Shown: positions 41,997 through 52,591 of the stretch, in pieces
How the letters are laid out: each line of letters opens with the position of its first letter
Numbering within the stretch: position 1 is the first letter of the stretch
Assembly (NCBI GenBank): GCA_965218975.1
Contig: OZ244717.1
Span: forward strand, 64,001 to 128,000
Length of the DNA stretch: 64,000 nt
Origin: Candidatus Oxydemutatoraceae bacterium
Lineage (GTDB): Bacteria > Pseudomonadota > Gammaproteobacteria > Poriferisulfidales > Oxydemutatoraceae
Reading direction: 5' to 3'
The notes under the pieces: model-generated
Database searches by the model: none
Seen by the model: the letters and a program-made list of their open reading frames with translations, nothing else
What the model was told of the DNA's origin: nothing
Translations under genes and position numbers: made by a program

Positions 41997-42857
41997 TCAG
42001 GAAATACAGTTATGGCCGACTTCGGATAAGCGTGTCAAACAAGGTTCGGCATTAGTACAAATACTGTCTAATTGCAAGGAACGATAGTTATCAAGGCTGA
42101 AAGGTTTGCCCGGAATCAATTCGCCTATCTGCGCCTGCAGCCTTGCCAAAGGATCAGGTAATGCAATAACGTGAATACGTCGGTGAATCAAACCGGCAAC
42201 ATAATTCACGATTTCGCCTAATGTGAGATGTTCGGGCCCGCATAGCCGGACCCGTTGCCCGGCAGCCTTATCGTCAATACTATCGGCGACCGCAGTGGCA
42301 ACATCTCCAATGTAAACCGGCGCAAACATCGTATGAGCGCATGCTAGCGGTAAAACCGGCGGCGCATACTTCAGAATTTTTACAAACCGATTTAATAATC
42401 CGTCGCCCGGACCAAAAATCACCGATGGCTGAAAACTAGTCGTCCGCATTTTCGCATCATTGTGCGCAATGTTCTCAGATTCACCTTTCGTCCTCAGATA
42501 TTCACTGGGGGCATCGGTTGAAGCATTCAGTGCGCTCATATGTAAATAACGTGTCACATGGTTGAAATGACATGCTTCCAATATCTTGAGAGTCAACCGC
42601 ACATGAGCATCAAAAAAATCCTCGCTACGAAACAACCTGCTATTGAGGATGCCTACCAGATTAATTACAGCATCGGAACCTGCAACCACAGGTATTAGGC
42701 TTGATAGCTTAGACGAATCATATCTGCGCCACTCAAACTCATCTGTCAAAATATTTTGCCGGCTAATTACGCGCACCGAATATCCTCTGTCAGCTAATGC
42801 TATACAAACGGCACGCCCGACAAAACCGCTCCCTCCAATGATTGAAACTTTTTTCAT
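41997..42857 (-). CDS. NDUFA9-like NAD(P)-binding epimerase family protein
   Basis: GGSGFVG, VINLVGIL, HMSALNA, SEYLRTKG, PSVIFG. Confidence 0.85.
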   Translation of the reverse strand: MKKVSIIGGSGFVGRAVCIALADRGYSVRVISRQNILTDEFEWRRYDSSKLSSLIPVVAGSDAVINLVGILNSRLFRSEDFFDAHVRLTLKILEACHFNHVTRYLHMSALNASTDAPSEYLRTKGESENIAHNDAKMRTTSFQPSVIFGPGDGLLNRFVKILKYAPPVLPLACAHTMFAPVYIGDVATAVADSIDDKAAGQRVRLCGPEHLTLGEIVNYVAGLIHRRIHVIALPDPLARLQAQIGELIPGKPFSLDNYRSLQLDSICTNAEPCLTRLSEVGHNCIS

Positions 42858-42959
42858 TACATTATTCTACAATATGCAATATGACAGAAATTCTCGTTCA
42901 TTTAGGTATGGCATTATCCGTATTATTTCCTAAACCTTGATTTCAAGCAAATATTCACT

Positions 42960-43874
42960 ATGTATATAAAAGTATCAGCTTACGTCACATGGCTATGTTT
43001 GAATATACTCTTTTTTTCGGCTGTGGCGGCAGAAACGGAACCTTCTAATATCATTCGTGAAAATACATCGACAATATCATCTACCAAAAGTATAATGCGG
43101 GAGGCTGTTTTCCAAAACGCATTACACGCTTATCTAAAAGAGCAGTTCAAAGAAGCGGAACTAATCTTTCGAAATCTGCTAGAGCGATATCCGAAAAACC
43201 CTCTAATCCTAAACAACTTAGCTGTTACTATTGCAAAGCAAGGCAAACACGACCTTGCAATCCGACTGCTTAAAAATGCAATTGCATTAAACGAAATTCT
43301 CAATACTAGCTACCAAAATCTTTCATCAATTTATGCATACGAGGCAGTAAATGCGTATCGTCGAGCATTATCTTTAACCATTGATTCACCCGAACCTTTA
43401 GACCTGATTTTAATCGGACACACCGACGAACTGATCAGATCATCGTTTGTCACCAAGCAAATTTTGCAAGACGGGGGAATCAACCAACCTCTAGTGCAAG
43501 AACCCGAAGCCCCGGCTGCTATCGGAAAAGGCGCTATAGACGGCGAGATTATGGCAAACGTGATGCGTTGGGCGAAAGCTTGGTCAAACCGGAATCTTAA
43601 TGAGTATTTTGCAAGCTACCGCGACGGTTATGCTCCTTCGGGCAAAACGCACCGGGAATGGAAGAAACTCCGGATTCAACGTTTGCGCACGCCACAGAAA
43701 ATTCAAGTTGCTATTAACGATGTACACATCCAACGACTGACACCTGACAAGGTAGTAGCAACGTTTCTCCAAAATTATCGTTCGAATTTGCTAAAGAGTA
43801 CAGTAACAAAACGGCTGGAGATGACCCGCATCAACGACGAATGGAAAATCACCGATGAAAAAGTATTACGCTAG
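42960..43874 (+). CDS. TPR protein with C-terminal NTF2-like domain
   Basis: NNLAV...G TPR; WAKAWS.R....YF..Y...WKI..E tail. Confidence 0.75.
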   Translation: MYIKVSAYVTWLCLNILFFSAVAAETEPSNIIRENTSTISSTKSIMREAVFQNALHAYLKEQFKEAELIFRNLLERYPKNPLILNNLAVTIAKQGKHDLAIRLLKNAIALNEILNTSYQNLSSIYAYEAVNAYRRALSLTIDSPEPLDLILIGHTDELIRSSFVTKQILQDGGINQPLVQEPEAPAAIGKGAIDGEIMANVMRWAKAWSNRNLNEYFASYRDGYAPSGKTHREWKKLRIQRLRTPQKIQVAINDVHIQRLTPDKVVATFLQNYRSNLLKSTVTKRLEMTRINDEWKITDEKVLR

Positions 43875-45057
43875 CCTGAAAAAAAACTGTCGCAACATAA
43901 TCACACTGATCGGCGTAATATGCGCAACCAACCCCGGAACAATATTTGCCGAACAAACAACACCAAGAGATGCTGAAAGAATGTTTCGCGGGGTTCTGAC
44001 CGCGGTATTGGATAACCGAACCGATACTGCTTTATCAATCGTGGAAAAATCGCTTGCGGTGTACCCAAACTTCCGTATCACTGAAATTCTTCACGGAGAT
44101 TTACTGACCGCACACGCACATCAGAAGCCTTTGATAGCAATGCCGCAAGCATTGCGACAACAGCGCATCATCGGTTTAAGAGATGAAATGCTAGCACGTT
44201 TTACTCACCACCTTCCCAAAGCGGGTCATCTCCCACAAAGCATCTTGAAATTGTCGCCATACTATAATTTTGCCTTAGTCTTAGATGCTTCACAATCTCG
44301 CTTGTATATATTCAAGAATGATAACGGCAACCCGACTTTAATCAATCACTACTACGTTTCCATCGGTAATGGCGGTATGGGTAAAACCACTGAGGGTGAT
44401 AACAAAACGCCGACCGGTATCTATACGATTGTTTCGTATTTGGATGATAATGAATTGCCCGAGTTGTACGGTGTCGGCGCATATACGCTTAACTACCCCA
44501 ACAGTTGGGACAAACAGTCGGAACACGACGGTTATGGTATTTGGATACACGGTATTCCTCGTCAATTAAGCAGCCGTCCGCCGCAAGATAGTCGCGGCTG
44601 TATAATTTTGGAAAATACTTTTATTGCGGAACTAAGAAAATACCTTGGTGCAGAAAAAGCGCCTGTGCTGCTTAATCCGAAAATAACCTGGCTTGATTCC
44701 AAAACATGGCGGACTCAACGCAATCAATTACTGCAACACATCCGCGACTGGCAACATGATTGGGAAAGCATGAATATCGAACAATATTTAAGCCACTATG
44801 CTCCCGAATACAAAACCGAAACACAAAACTACCGACAAATGCTTACTCAAGCACGGATCAATGCTAATAAAAAAACTTTCGTTAAAGTGATAGTCGAAAA
44901 CTTAGACTTATTCATCCATCCCGGCCAACCCGGTCTCGCACAAATAGTTTTTGATCAGAACTATCAAAGCAACAATTACAATATTCAATACCGTAAACAA
45001 CAAATGTGGCGACATACCAATGAAGGTTGGAAAATTATTTATGAAGGAAAAACTTAA
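43855..45057 (+). CDS. L,D-transpeptidase (YkuD) family protein with NTF2-like tail (Csd6-like)
   Basis: EGD.KTP.G.Y, LNYPN.WD, GIWIHG, SRGC. Confidence 0.88.
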   Translation: MKKYYASLKKNCRNIITLIGVICATNPGTIFAEQTTPRDAERMFRGVLTAVLDNRTDTALSIVEKSLAVYPNFRITEILHGDLLTAHAHQKPLIAMPQALRQQRIIGLRDEMLARFTHHLPKAGHLPQSILKLSPYYNFALVLDASQSRLYIFKNDNGNPTLINHYYVSIGNGGMGKTTEGDNKTPTGIYTIVSYLDDNELPELYGVGAYTLNYPNSWDKQSEHDGYGIWIHGIPRQLSSRPPQDSRGCIILENTFIAELRKYLGAEKAPVLLNPKITWLDSKTWRTQRNQLLQHIRDWQHDWESMNIEQYLSHYAPEYKTETQNYRQMLTQARINANKKTFVKVIVENLDLFIHPGQPGLAQIVFDQNYQSNNYNIQYRKQQMWRHTNEGWKIIYEGKT

Positions 45058-45968
45058 TAGATATTCTCCTGCTTGATCCCCTCTTGCTTTCGCGGTGAAA
45101 TATCATCAATTAACCAACGCACTAAATCCACCCACATTTGTCGCAATTCGGCGTCTGCCGGCATATAACGTGACGAAGCAAGTTCAATCGTCAGCAACGG
45201 CAACTTGATGATCTCGCCGGCATAGCGTCCGAGCGAACCTGGGAATGTTCCAAGATCACCCAATCTCAAACTGCCTAAACCTGCAGGCGGAGCAACCGTA
45301 TCAGGGCCGTCATAATCAACCATGCCGTAAGGTGCGTGTAAAGATATGATTACGTCCGGCTTGAAACTGGCGATTTCATCTACCAGCCAACGTGTTTCAT
45401 TTTCACTGGCGGCGGTTGCTCCCGGATAACGTCGAAAATCACGTCCGGTTTCTTTTTCCCAGTACAACAAAGCGTCTTCCCAGTTTCCGGTCGGCAGATT
45501 ACGATTTAGGTCCACCCGGTTGTGATTGACTCTGACTGCCGGACTCTTTAGCAAACCGTCAAGATTCAATGCCGGAATAATGTGCCAATGAAAAAGCCCC
45601 GAATGATGTTGATCCAGAATCTTCATCCACTTAAACATCACGCTAAAAGAAGCGTATTCATCACCGTGCACCCCACCGATCAATAAGACACGAGCGCGTG
45701 GTGTTTTTCCTACAAGCGGCGGATATTCTTTATATAAAATCGGATTGCCCAAAGCAGTATAGGCATATGTTTCTTTCAGATGAAGCTCCAAGCACTCCCG
45801 AACATTCACCGATGTCAGCTTATTACCTACTCGCTCACATGCTGCTTGCATACTAATCGTTCCCGCTCGCACCGACAAAATTGGAATACTAACGAACAAA
45901 ATGACGATCATCGCACTTCTGATCGGATATGAAATTTTAGCTTTTACCAAAGTGGCCACTCCTTTCAC
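45054..45968 (-). CDS. M14 murein peptide amidase (MpaA-like)
   Basis: GGVHGDE, N.DG, VDLNRN, SLHAP, PGSLG.Y, TIEL. Confidence 0.8.
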   Translation of the reverse strand: MKGVATLVKAKISYPIRSAMIVILFVSIPILSVRAGTISMQAACERVGNKLTSVNVRECLELHLKETYAYTALGNPILYKEYPPLVGKTPRARVLLIGGVHGDEYASFSVMFKWMKILDQHHSGLFHWHIIPALNLDGLLKSPAVRVNHNRVDLNRNLPTGNWEDALLYWEKETGRDFRRYPGATAASENETRWLVDEIASFKPDVIISLHAPYGMVDYDGPDTVAPPAGLGSLRLGDLGTFPGSLGRYAGEIIKLPLLTIELASSRYMPADAELRQMWVDLVRWLIDDISPRKQEGIKQENIY

Positions 45969-46402
45969 TTATTGTCTCAGACACTTGGTACTCGAAAATA
46001 ATCTTTTCTGATCAAGATTAAAAGATTAAAAAAGGCTAATCTGCAAAAGCGCCGACCCTCCGCTCTGTATAATGCCAGATACATATGGGACTCACGGCTT
46101 AACTCGAAAAGATGACCGATATGCAATATCAGCACATCGGCCACCGCATCAAAGATTTCTATATGAGCCAATTTTGCTTTAAAAATAGAGGCTCATGAAC
46201 ACAACGGCTCAACAGAAACACGATGCCATGTTATTTTGGAGGATTGTAACCCTAAACGCATTCAAGGTCGGTCGCAGCACTTTGTCCCGTTGGCGTCGGC
46301 GTTATCGCCGCACTGGCCTCAGCGCCTTGCATGACCGCGGCAAAGCGCCGCGCAAGAGGCGTCGGCGGGTCTGGCTGCAACCCGGCAAAGTGCCTGTCGT
46401 CC

Positions 46403-46607
46403 ATGACGAGACTTGGTTCTGTCAATGAGCGCCAGCCCCGACGTCCTTGTCGGGTCGTTCGCCGCTGAAAACCGATCGGTTTTCCGGGCGCGTCTCACCC
46501 TGCTCGTCCATGACGAGACTTGGTTCTGTCAATGAACCCCAGCCCCGACATCCTTGTCGGGTCGTTCGCCGCTGAAAACCGATCGGTTTTCCGGGCGCGT
46601 CTCACCC
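46403..46607. repeat. 98-bp structured repeat, 2 units with 9-bp spacer TGCTCGTCC
   Basis: Units at 46403 and 46510. Confidence 0.95.
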
Positions 46608-46968
46608 TGCCCGAGTGTCCGCACGATTGCGCGCCTGATCGCGGATGCGCCGGATAAAATGCGCTGTATTCCGCAGCGGCTGAATGCCAAAGGACAAACA
46701 AAACGACCGTTTAAGCGCCGTTGCAGGGCACGCAAGCCGAAACACTTCAAAGCACAGTATCCGGGGCATTGCATCGCCCTGGATACGATTGTGCGTTATC
46801 AGCACGGAGTGCGCCGCACCATCTTAACGGCCATCAATGTCCATACCCGAATGGCAATAGCAGTGGCAACCAACCGCTGTAACAGCCGCAACGCAGCCGC
46901 ATTCCTGCGCCTGACCCTGGCGTGTATAGTGTCGGTACTGCCGCAACCTGGCAAAGTGCTTGTCGTCC

Positions 46969-47066
46969 ATGACGAGACTTGGTTCTGTCAATAAGCACCA
47001 GCCCCGACATCCTTGTCGGGTCGTTCGCCGCTGAAAACCGATCGGTTTTCCGAGCGCGTCTCACCC
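46969..47066. repeat. 98-bp structured repeat, 1 unit
   Basis: Sits between the KVLV and LTDGG codons. Confidence 0.95.
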
Positions 47067-47341
47067 TGACGGACGGCGGGAGTGAGTTTCAAGGACAGTT
47101 TGCCCGGCTCATCCGGGAATCACCCGTGATTGAGCAGTGGCTGACCTATCCCAAGTGTCCAAAAATGAACGCGCACATCAAGCGCTTCAACCGCACCGTC
47201 CAAGAAGATTGTATCGATCATGCAGAAGACCTGCTATTCGCCGATACGGAAGCATTGAATGACCGGTTATGAAACCGTTTTGTGTTTGTTGGTGGATTGT
47301 CGGCGGATTGTGCCGGATTGTCGGCAAAGTGCCTGTCGTCC

Positions 47342-47546
47342 ATGACGAGACTTGGTTCTGTCAATGAGCGCCAGCCCCGACGTCCTTGTCGGGTCGTTCG
47401 CCGCTGAAAACCGACCGGTTTTCCGGGCGCGTCTCACCCTGCTCGTCCATGACGAGACTTGGTTCTGTCAATGAGCGCCAGCCCCGACGTCCTTGTCGGG
47501 TCGTTCGCCGCTGAAAACCGATCGGTTTTCCGGGCGCGTCTCACCC
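47342..47546. repeat. 98-bp structured repeat, 2 units with 9-bp spacer
   Basis: Units at 47342 and 47449. Confidence 0.95.
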
Positions 47547-47755
47547 TGCACCGCCCTCATGCCGGCAGCGGACAGAAAGCACCGATCCGAATGTTACTGC
47601 CGAACGCTTCCCCAGAAGCTCTTCAAAAATCCCATTTAGGGTGGCATCGTACATTATATTGCTATTTTTTTTTTCTAATGTAGAATAAACCTCTTTGAAA
47701 GCAAAGACCTTTTGCACCGGTTTTCACAAAACAGAATACCCATGGCTCCATAAAA

Positions 47756-48085
47756 TTGAGTGACAATATTATTGAACACATCACAGATGGCGATTTTGAA
47801 CGAAGCGTACTGCAATCGGACATTCCCGCTTTAGTGGATTTCTGGGCATCGTGGTGCGGACCATGCAAAGCTATCGCTCCGATACTAGAAGAAATTGCGG
47901 TGGATTACAAAGGAAAACTTAAAATTTTAAAACTTAACGTTGATGAAAATCGCAAAAATCCCGAACAATACGGTATTCGCGGCATCCCGACCTTGATAAT
48001 TTTTAAAAATGGTAATGCCGAAGCGACCCACATCGGCGCCCTTACTAAATCGCAACTAACCACTTTTATTGATCAAAATATATAA
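47756..48085 (+). CDS. trxA: thioredoxin
   Basis: DFWA.WCGPCK, GIRGIPTL; lies upstream of rho. Confidence 0.97.
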   Translation: MSDNIIEHITDGDFERSVLQSDIPALVDFWASWCGPCKAIAPILEEIAVDYKGKLKILKLNVDENRKNPEQYGIRGIPTLIIFKNGNAEATHIGALTKSQLTTFIDQNI

Positions 48086-48266
48086 CTAATATTGCGAGGA
48101 GAAAACAGATAATTACAGACTTTACTCTGTAGTTTGCATATTTTGTAATTTTCATTACTATTACTATATTGGATGCATTCCATTGCCTCTGAATCCTTAA
48201 TAAGCAATCTTGATTCCACCCTCAATAAAAAAACCGTTTACATCAATCTAACCATGAATCTCAATA

Positions 48267-49526
48267 ATGATCAACTTGTCCGAACTTAAGAAAAAACCTG
48301 CCACAGAACTACTAGAGATGGCCGAAACAATGGGCATTGAAAATATTGCTCGTACACGTCGCCAAGATATTATCTTTTTCATCCTCAAAGCAACCGCACG
48401 CAACCGCGAAGACATTGCCGGTGAAGGCGTTCTGGAAATCCTCCAGGACGGCTTCGGCTTTCTCCGTTCTGCCGATTCCTCCTATCTCGCAGGACCCGAC
48501 GATATTTATGTTTCGCCAAGTCAAATTCGTCGCTTCGGATTACGTACCGGCGATACGGTGACCGGGAAAGTCAGACCACCTAAAGAAGGAGAGCGTTATT
48601 TTGCGATGTTAAAAATTGAGCAAATTAACAGTGAACCCACAAAAAATGCTTACAAAAAGATTTTGTTTGAAAACCTTACTCCGTTACACGCCGAAGAACA
48701 ACTCAAGTTGGAACGCGGCAACGGTAGTTCTGAAGACATCACAGCGCGAGTTATAGACATTACCGCCCCTATCGGTAAAGGGCAAAGGGGGTTGATCGTA
48801 TCGCCGCCAAAAGCAGGCAAAACAATCATGTTACAGAATATTGCTCAAAGCATTACGGCAAATCATCCTGAAATTCATCTTATCGTGCTATTAATTGACG
48901 AACGTCCTGAAGAAGTAACTGAAATGGTGCGTATGGTACAAGGTGAAGTAGTATCTAGCACTTTCGACGAACCGGCAAGCCGCCATGTGCAAGTCGCCGA
49001 TATGGTCATTGAAAAAGCAAAGCGTCTCGTTGAACACAAGCAGGATGTTGTCATCCTATTAGATTCAATCACCCGGCTCGCACGCGCCCACAATACGGTC
49101 GCTCCCGCTTCCGGAAAAGTATTAACCGGTGGCGTTGATGCCAACGCTTTACACCGCCCCAAACGATTTTTTGGTGCGGCACGTAATATTGAAGAAGGCG
49201 GCAGCTTAACCATTCTCGCAACCGCGTTGATCGATACGGGTTCCAAGATGGATGAAGTCATCTACGAAGAATTCAAAGGCACCGGCAATATGGAGATTCA
49301 CCTTGATCGACGCATCGCTGAACGCCGTATATGGCCTGCAATTAACATTAAACGTTCCGGTACACGCCGTGAGGAACTTCTTATCGCCCCGGAAAAATTG
49401 CAGAATATCTGGGTTCTGAGGAAGTTTCTGCATCAGTCGGATGATTTTGAAGCGATTGAGTTTCTAATCACAAAAATGCAGTCATCCAAAAGCAACACAG
49501 CCTTCTTTGAAGCGATGAAACGCTAA
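48267..49526 (+). CDS. rho: transcription termination factor Rho
   Basis: [37 protein letters not shown]. Confidence 0.98.
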   Translation: MINLSELKKKPATELLEMAETMGIENIARTRRQDIIFFILKATARNREDIAGEGVLEILQDGFGFLRSADSSYLAGPDDIYVSPSQIRRFGLRTGDTVTGKVRPPKEGERYFAMLKIEQINSEPTKNAYKKILFENLTPLHAEEQLKLERGNGSSEDITARVIDITAPIGKGQRGLIVSPPKAGKTIMLQNIAQSITANHPEIHLIVLLIDERPEEVTEMVRMVQGEVVSSTFDEPASRHVQVADMVIEKAKRLVEHKQDVVILLDSITRLARAHNTVAPASGKVLTGGVDANALHRPKRFFGAARNIEEGGSLTILATALIDTGSKMDEVIYEEFKGTGNMEIHLDRRIAERRIWPAINIKRSGTRREELLIAPEKLQNIWVLRKFLHQSDDFEAIEFLITKMQSSKSNTAFFEAMKR

Positions 49527-49697
49527 AAACGATTCAATAAAGGAAACAAAACGGCAAAGAAAACGCGCTTGGAAATCATCATTAGAAATGGCGACCGGTA
49601 AAAATGCCTTTTAACGTAATTATGATGTTTAATTAGCCTATGAATATAGAACTAAAATTAAGCATTCAATATATGAACCTACACGCTAAAAATATAT

Positions 49698-50987
49698 TCA
49701 ATTAGTGGTCGCTTGGTTGCGTGCGCCGATATCATACCGGTAAAACGCACCCTCCCAATTGATTTTAGAACAATTGCGATAGGCCAAATTACGTGCGTCC
49801 GAGAGCGTATCGGCAAGCGCTGTCACACATAGCACTCTCCCGCCCGAATTCACGATACGGCCATCGTTTCTTAATTTCGTTCCGGCATGAAAAACTTTGA
49901 CGGTATCTGAGTCCAACCGTTCCAAACCTGAAATAGCATGAGCTTTGCTGTAATCGCCCGGGTAGCCGCGCGATGCCATCACAACGTTCAATGCAGTGCG
50001 CGCATCCCATTCAATCGCCGCATTACTGAAGCTGCCATCCGATAGACTCATCAGTAATTTGACCAAATCACTTTTCAGTCGAAAAATAATCGCCTGAGTT
50101 TCAGGGTCTCCTAAACGACAGTTGAATTCAAGCACGCGCGGCTTACCGTCGTAGCCAATCATCAATCCCGCATATAAAAATCCGGCAAAAGGGCTACCTT
50201 CTTCTCGCATCCCTCGAATACACGGCTTGATCACACAGTTCATCACAGTCGTTTGTATTGCTTCATCGATAATCGGAGCGGGCGAATAGGCGCCCATACC
50301 ACCGGTGTTTGGACCTTGGTCACCATCATCACGCGCTTTATGATCTTGCGAACTAGCAAGCGGTAATACCGTATTTCCGTCAGTCAGGCAAATAAAACTT
50401 GCTTCTTCCCCTTCAAGAAACTCCTCAACCACGATGTTCTTCCCAGCATCGCCAAAAGATTCGCCCGATAACATCTCCCGAATTGCCGCCGCTGCTGTAG
50501 ATGGATTGTGCGCAATCAACACCCCCTTCCCAGCAGCAAGGCCGTCCGCTTTAACGACTATCGGAAATCGACACCTGCTCAAATAATCCAACGCATCTGC
50601 GATTTCATTAAATAACTGATACTGCGCAGTAGGAATACAGTATCTTGACATAAAATCTTTACTGAATATTTTGGAAGATTCAAGGCGAGCAGCAGCACGA
50701 GTCGGACCGATGATAACAAGCCTCCGTTGTTGGAATCGGTCGACAATGCCCGCTGCTAATGCATCTTCAGGACCAACGACTGTCAATCCAATTTGATGTC
50801 GATGAGCGAATTCGGCCAATTGTTCAATATCCTGCGCCGCAATCGCTACATTTTCCACTTGATACTCGCGCTGTATACCGGCATTCCCCGGCGCAACATA
50901 AACTTTGCTGACTTGCGAGCTTTGTGCCATCTTCCATGCCAACGCATGTTCTCTGCCGCCGCTGCCAACAACCAAGACTTTCATCAT
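49698..50987 (-). CDS. purD: phosphoribosylamine-glycine ligase
   Basis: GSGGREHAL, KADGLAAGKGV, GPNTGGMGAYSP, R.GDPETQ. Confidence 0.97.
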   Translation of the reverse strand: MMKVLVVGSGGREHALAWKMAQSSQVSKVYVAPGNAGIQREYQVENVAIAAQDIEQLAEFAHRHQIGLTVVGPEDALAAGIVDRFQQRRLVIIGPTRAAARLESSKIFSKDFMSRYCIPTAQYQLFNEIADALDYLSRCRFPIVVKADGLAAGKGVLIAHNPSTAAAAIREMLSGESFGDAGKNIVVEEFLEGEEASFICLTDGNTVLPLASSQDHKARDDGDQGPNTGGMGAYSPAPIIDEAIQTTVMNCVIKPCIRGMREEGSPFAGFLYAGLMIGYDGKPRVLEFNCRLGDPETQAIIFRLKSDLVKLLMSLSDGSFSNAAIEWDARTALNVVMASRGYPGDYSKAHAISGLERLDSDTVKVFHAGTKLRNDGRIVNSGGRVLCVTALADTLSDARNLAYRNCSKINWEGAFYRYDIGARNQATTN

Positions 50988-52564
50988 CAATGTCGAAAGT
51001 GGCGTATACCGGTATAAACCATAGCAATCGAATGACGCTCTGCCGCAGCAATTACTTCTTTATCGCGCACCGAGCCGCCCGGTTGAATAATCGCACTGAC
51101 TCCCGCTTGAGCTGCAAGTTCAATGCTATCTGCGAATGGAAAAAAAGCATCTGACGCCATAACCAATAATTGTTTATGCGCCTGATCGACAGCTTTCTCA
51201 ATCGCCATACGCACTGATTCAATGCGGCTGGTTTGTCCCGCACCGATTCCGGCAGTGCAGCAATTCGTACCGTCGGCTGTTGCCAATACAATTGCATTTG
51301 ATTTAGCGTACTTAACTACGCGCCAAGCAAATAACAATCCGGATATTTGATTATCATCAGGCATTCGGCCGGTTTGCACTTGTAAATCATCGCGCGTAAT
51401 CTTTACAGTATCTTTGTCTTGCACCAAGACCCCGCCGGCTATACTGCAATAATCAAACGGATCTTCAAGAAAACACCCTTGCAATACCCGCAAAGAAGTC
51501 TTTTTGCGCAAAATAGGAAGCGCCTCGGGATCAAAATTCGGAGCGATAATAACTTCAGCAAATACTCCGTCAACTAATTGACGCGCTAATGTCGCATCCA
51601 AGCTGCGATTAAATGCGATAATCCCACCGAATGCGGATGTCATATCGGATGAACATGCATTTTGATACGCAAGACCGATGTTTTTCGCATAAGCCGCACC
51701 ACAAGGAGTTGCATGTTTAACAATCACACAGGCCGGCTCGGAGAATTCGTGAACACAACGGTCCGCAGTTTCCGCATCAACGACATTATTAAATGACAAA
51801 TCCTTCCCTTGCAATTGATTTATACCCATTAGCAAACCGGCAGATTCGTTCGGTTTCTGTTGATAAAAAGCCGCTCGCTGATGAGGGTTCTCACCATAGC
51901 GAAGCAATAACGCTTTCTTTGCAGATAACTGCAATTGATCAGGCAATTGTGCGTTGTCGGAGGGTGCTGATCGCTCTTGTGTGTGAAGAAACCAAGCCGC
52001 AATCGTTGCATCATAGTCGGCGGTTCGTTGAAATGCTTTGGTTGCCAAGGTGGTGCGTAATTGCAATGAAATCCCGCCGGATTCTTTGATCTCGCGCTCT
52101 ACTACCATATAATCATCAGGATGAACCACCACGGTTACACGCTGATGATTTTTTGCCGCGGACCGAATCATCGCCGGACCGCCAATATCAATCTGTTCAA
52201 TGCAAAGATGATAATCGGCCGTCATTATGGTTTTTTCAAAAGGATAAAGATTTACAACCAATAAATCGATGGGTTCTATCCCATGTCCCTGCATTACTTC
52301 TCGGTCAACCGTCTCTCTACCAAGTAATCCGCCATGCACTTTGGGATGTAACGTTTTGACACGTCCGCTCATTATTTCCGGAAATCCGGTGTAATCGGCA
52401 ACATCCGTAACAACCAGACCCTGCTCAGTCAAAAGTTTGGCGGTACTGCTGGTTGACAATATTCGCACACCCAGAGTGCTTAAGAAACGTGAAAACTCAA
52501 TGATGCCGCGCTTGTCGAAAACGCTGATCAACGCTTGTCTTATCGGCTGAATCGCATCAATCAT
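50987..52564 (-). CDS. purH: bifunctional AICAR transformylase/IMP cyclohydrolase
   Basis: GRVKTLHP, IDIGGP.MIRSAAKN, LRYGENPHQ, SDAFFPF, RHFRH end. Confidence 0.97.
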   Translation of the reverse strand: MIDAIQPIRQALISVFDKRGIIEFSRFLSTLGVRILSTSSTAKLLTEQGLVVTDVADYTGFPEIMSGRVKTLHPKVHGGLLGRETVDREVMQGHGIEPIDLLVVNLYPFEKTIMTADYHLCIEQIDIGGPAMIRSAAKNHQRVTVVVHPDDYMVVEREIKESGGISLQLRTTLATKAFQRTADYDATIAAWFLHTQERSAPSDNAQLPDQLQLSAKKALLLRYGENPHQRAAFYQQKPNESAGLLMGINQLQGKDLSFNNVVDAETADRCVHEFSEPACVIVKHATPCGAAYAKNIGLAYQNACSSDMTSAFGGIIAFNRSLDATLARQLVDGVFAEVIIAPNFDPEALPILRKKTSLRVLQGCFLEDPFDYCSIAGGVLVQDKDTVKITRDDLQVQTGRMPDDNQISGLLFAWRVVKYAKSNAIVLATADGTNCCTAGIGAGQTSRIESVRMAIEKAVDQAHKQLLVMASDAFFPFADSIELAAQAGVSAIIQPGGSVRDKEVIAAAERHSIAMVYTGIRHFRH

Positions 52565-52591
52565 AATGTCGCCGGTTTGCAAACAATGAGA

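Larger units (their letters stand above)
46066..47653 (+). mobile_element. IS481-family element copy D (defective, five 98-bp repeats)
   Basis: TGTATAATGCCA...TGGCATCGTACA ends. HTH fragment (AFKVGRSTLSRWRRRY) and DDE fragments in colinear order. Confidence 0.92.

Noticed and set aside
46403-46500. Repeat as a group II intron or precisely excisable element
   Set aside because: No domain V/VI or GUGYG boundary is recognisable. At most sites host codons are missing, so excision would not restore the gene.
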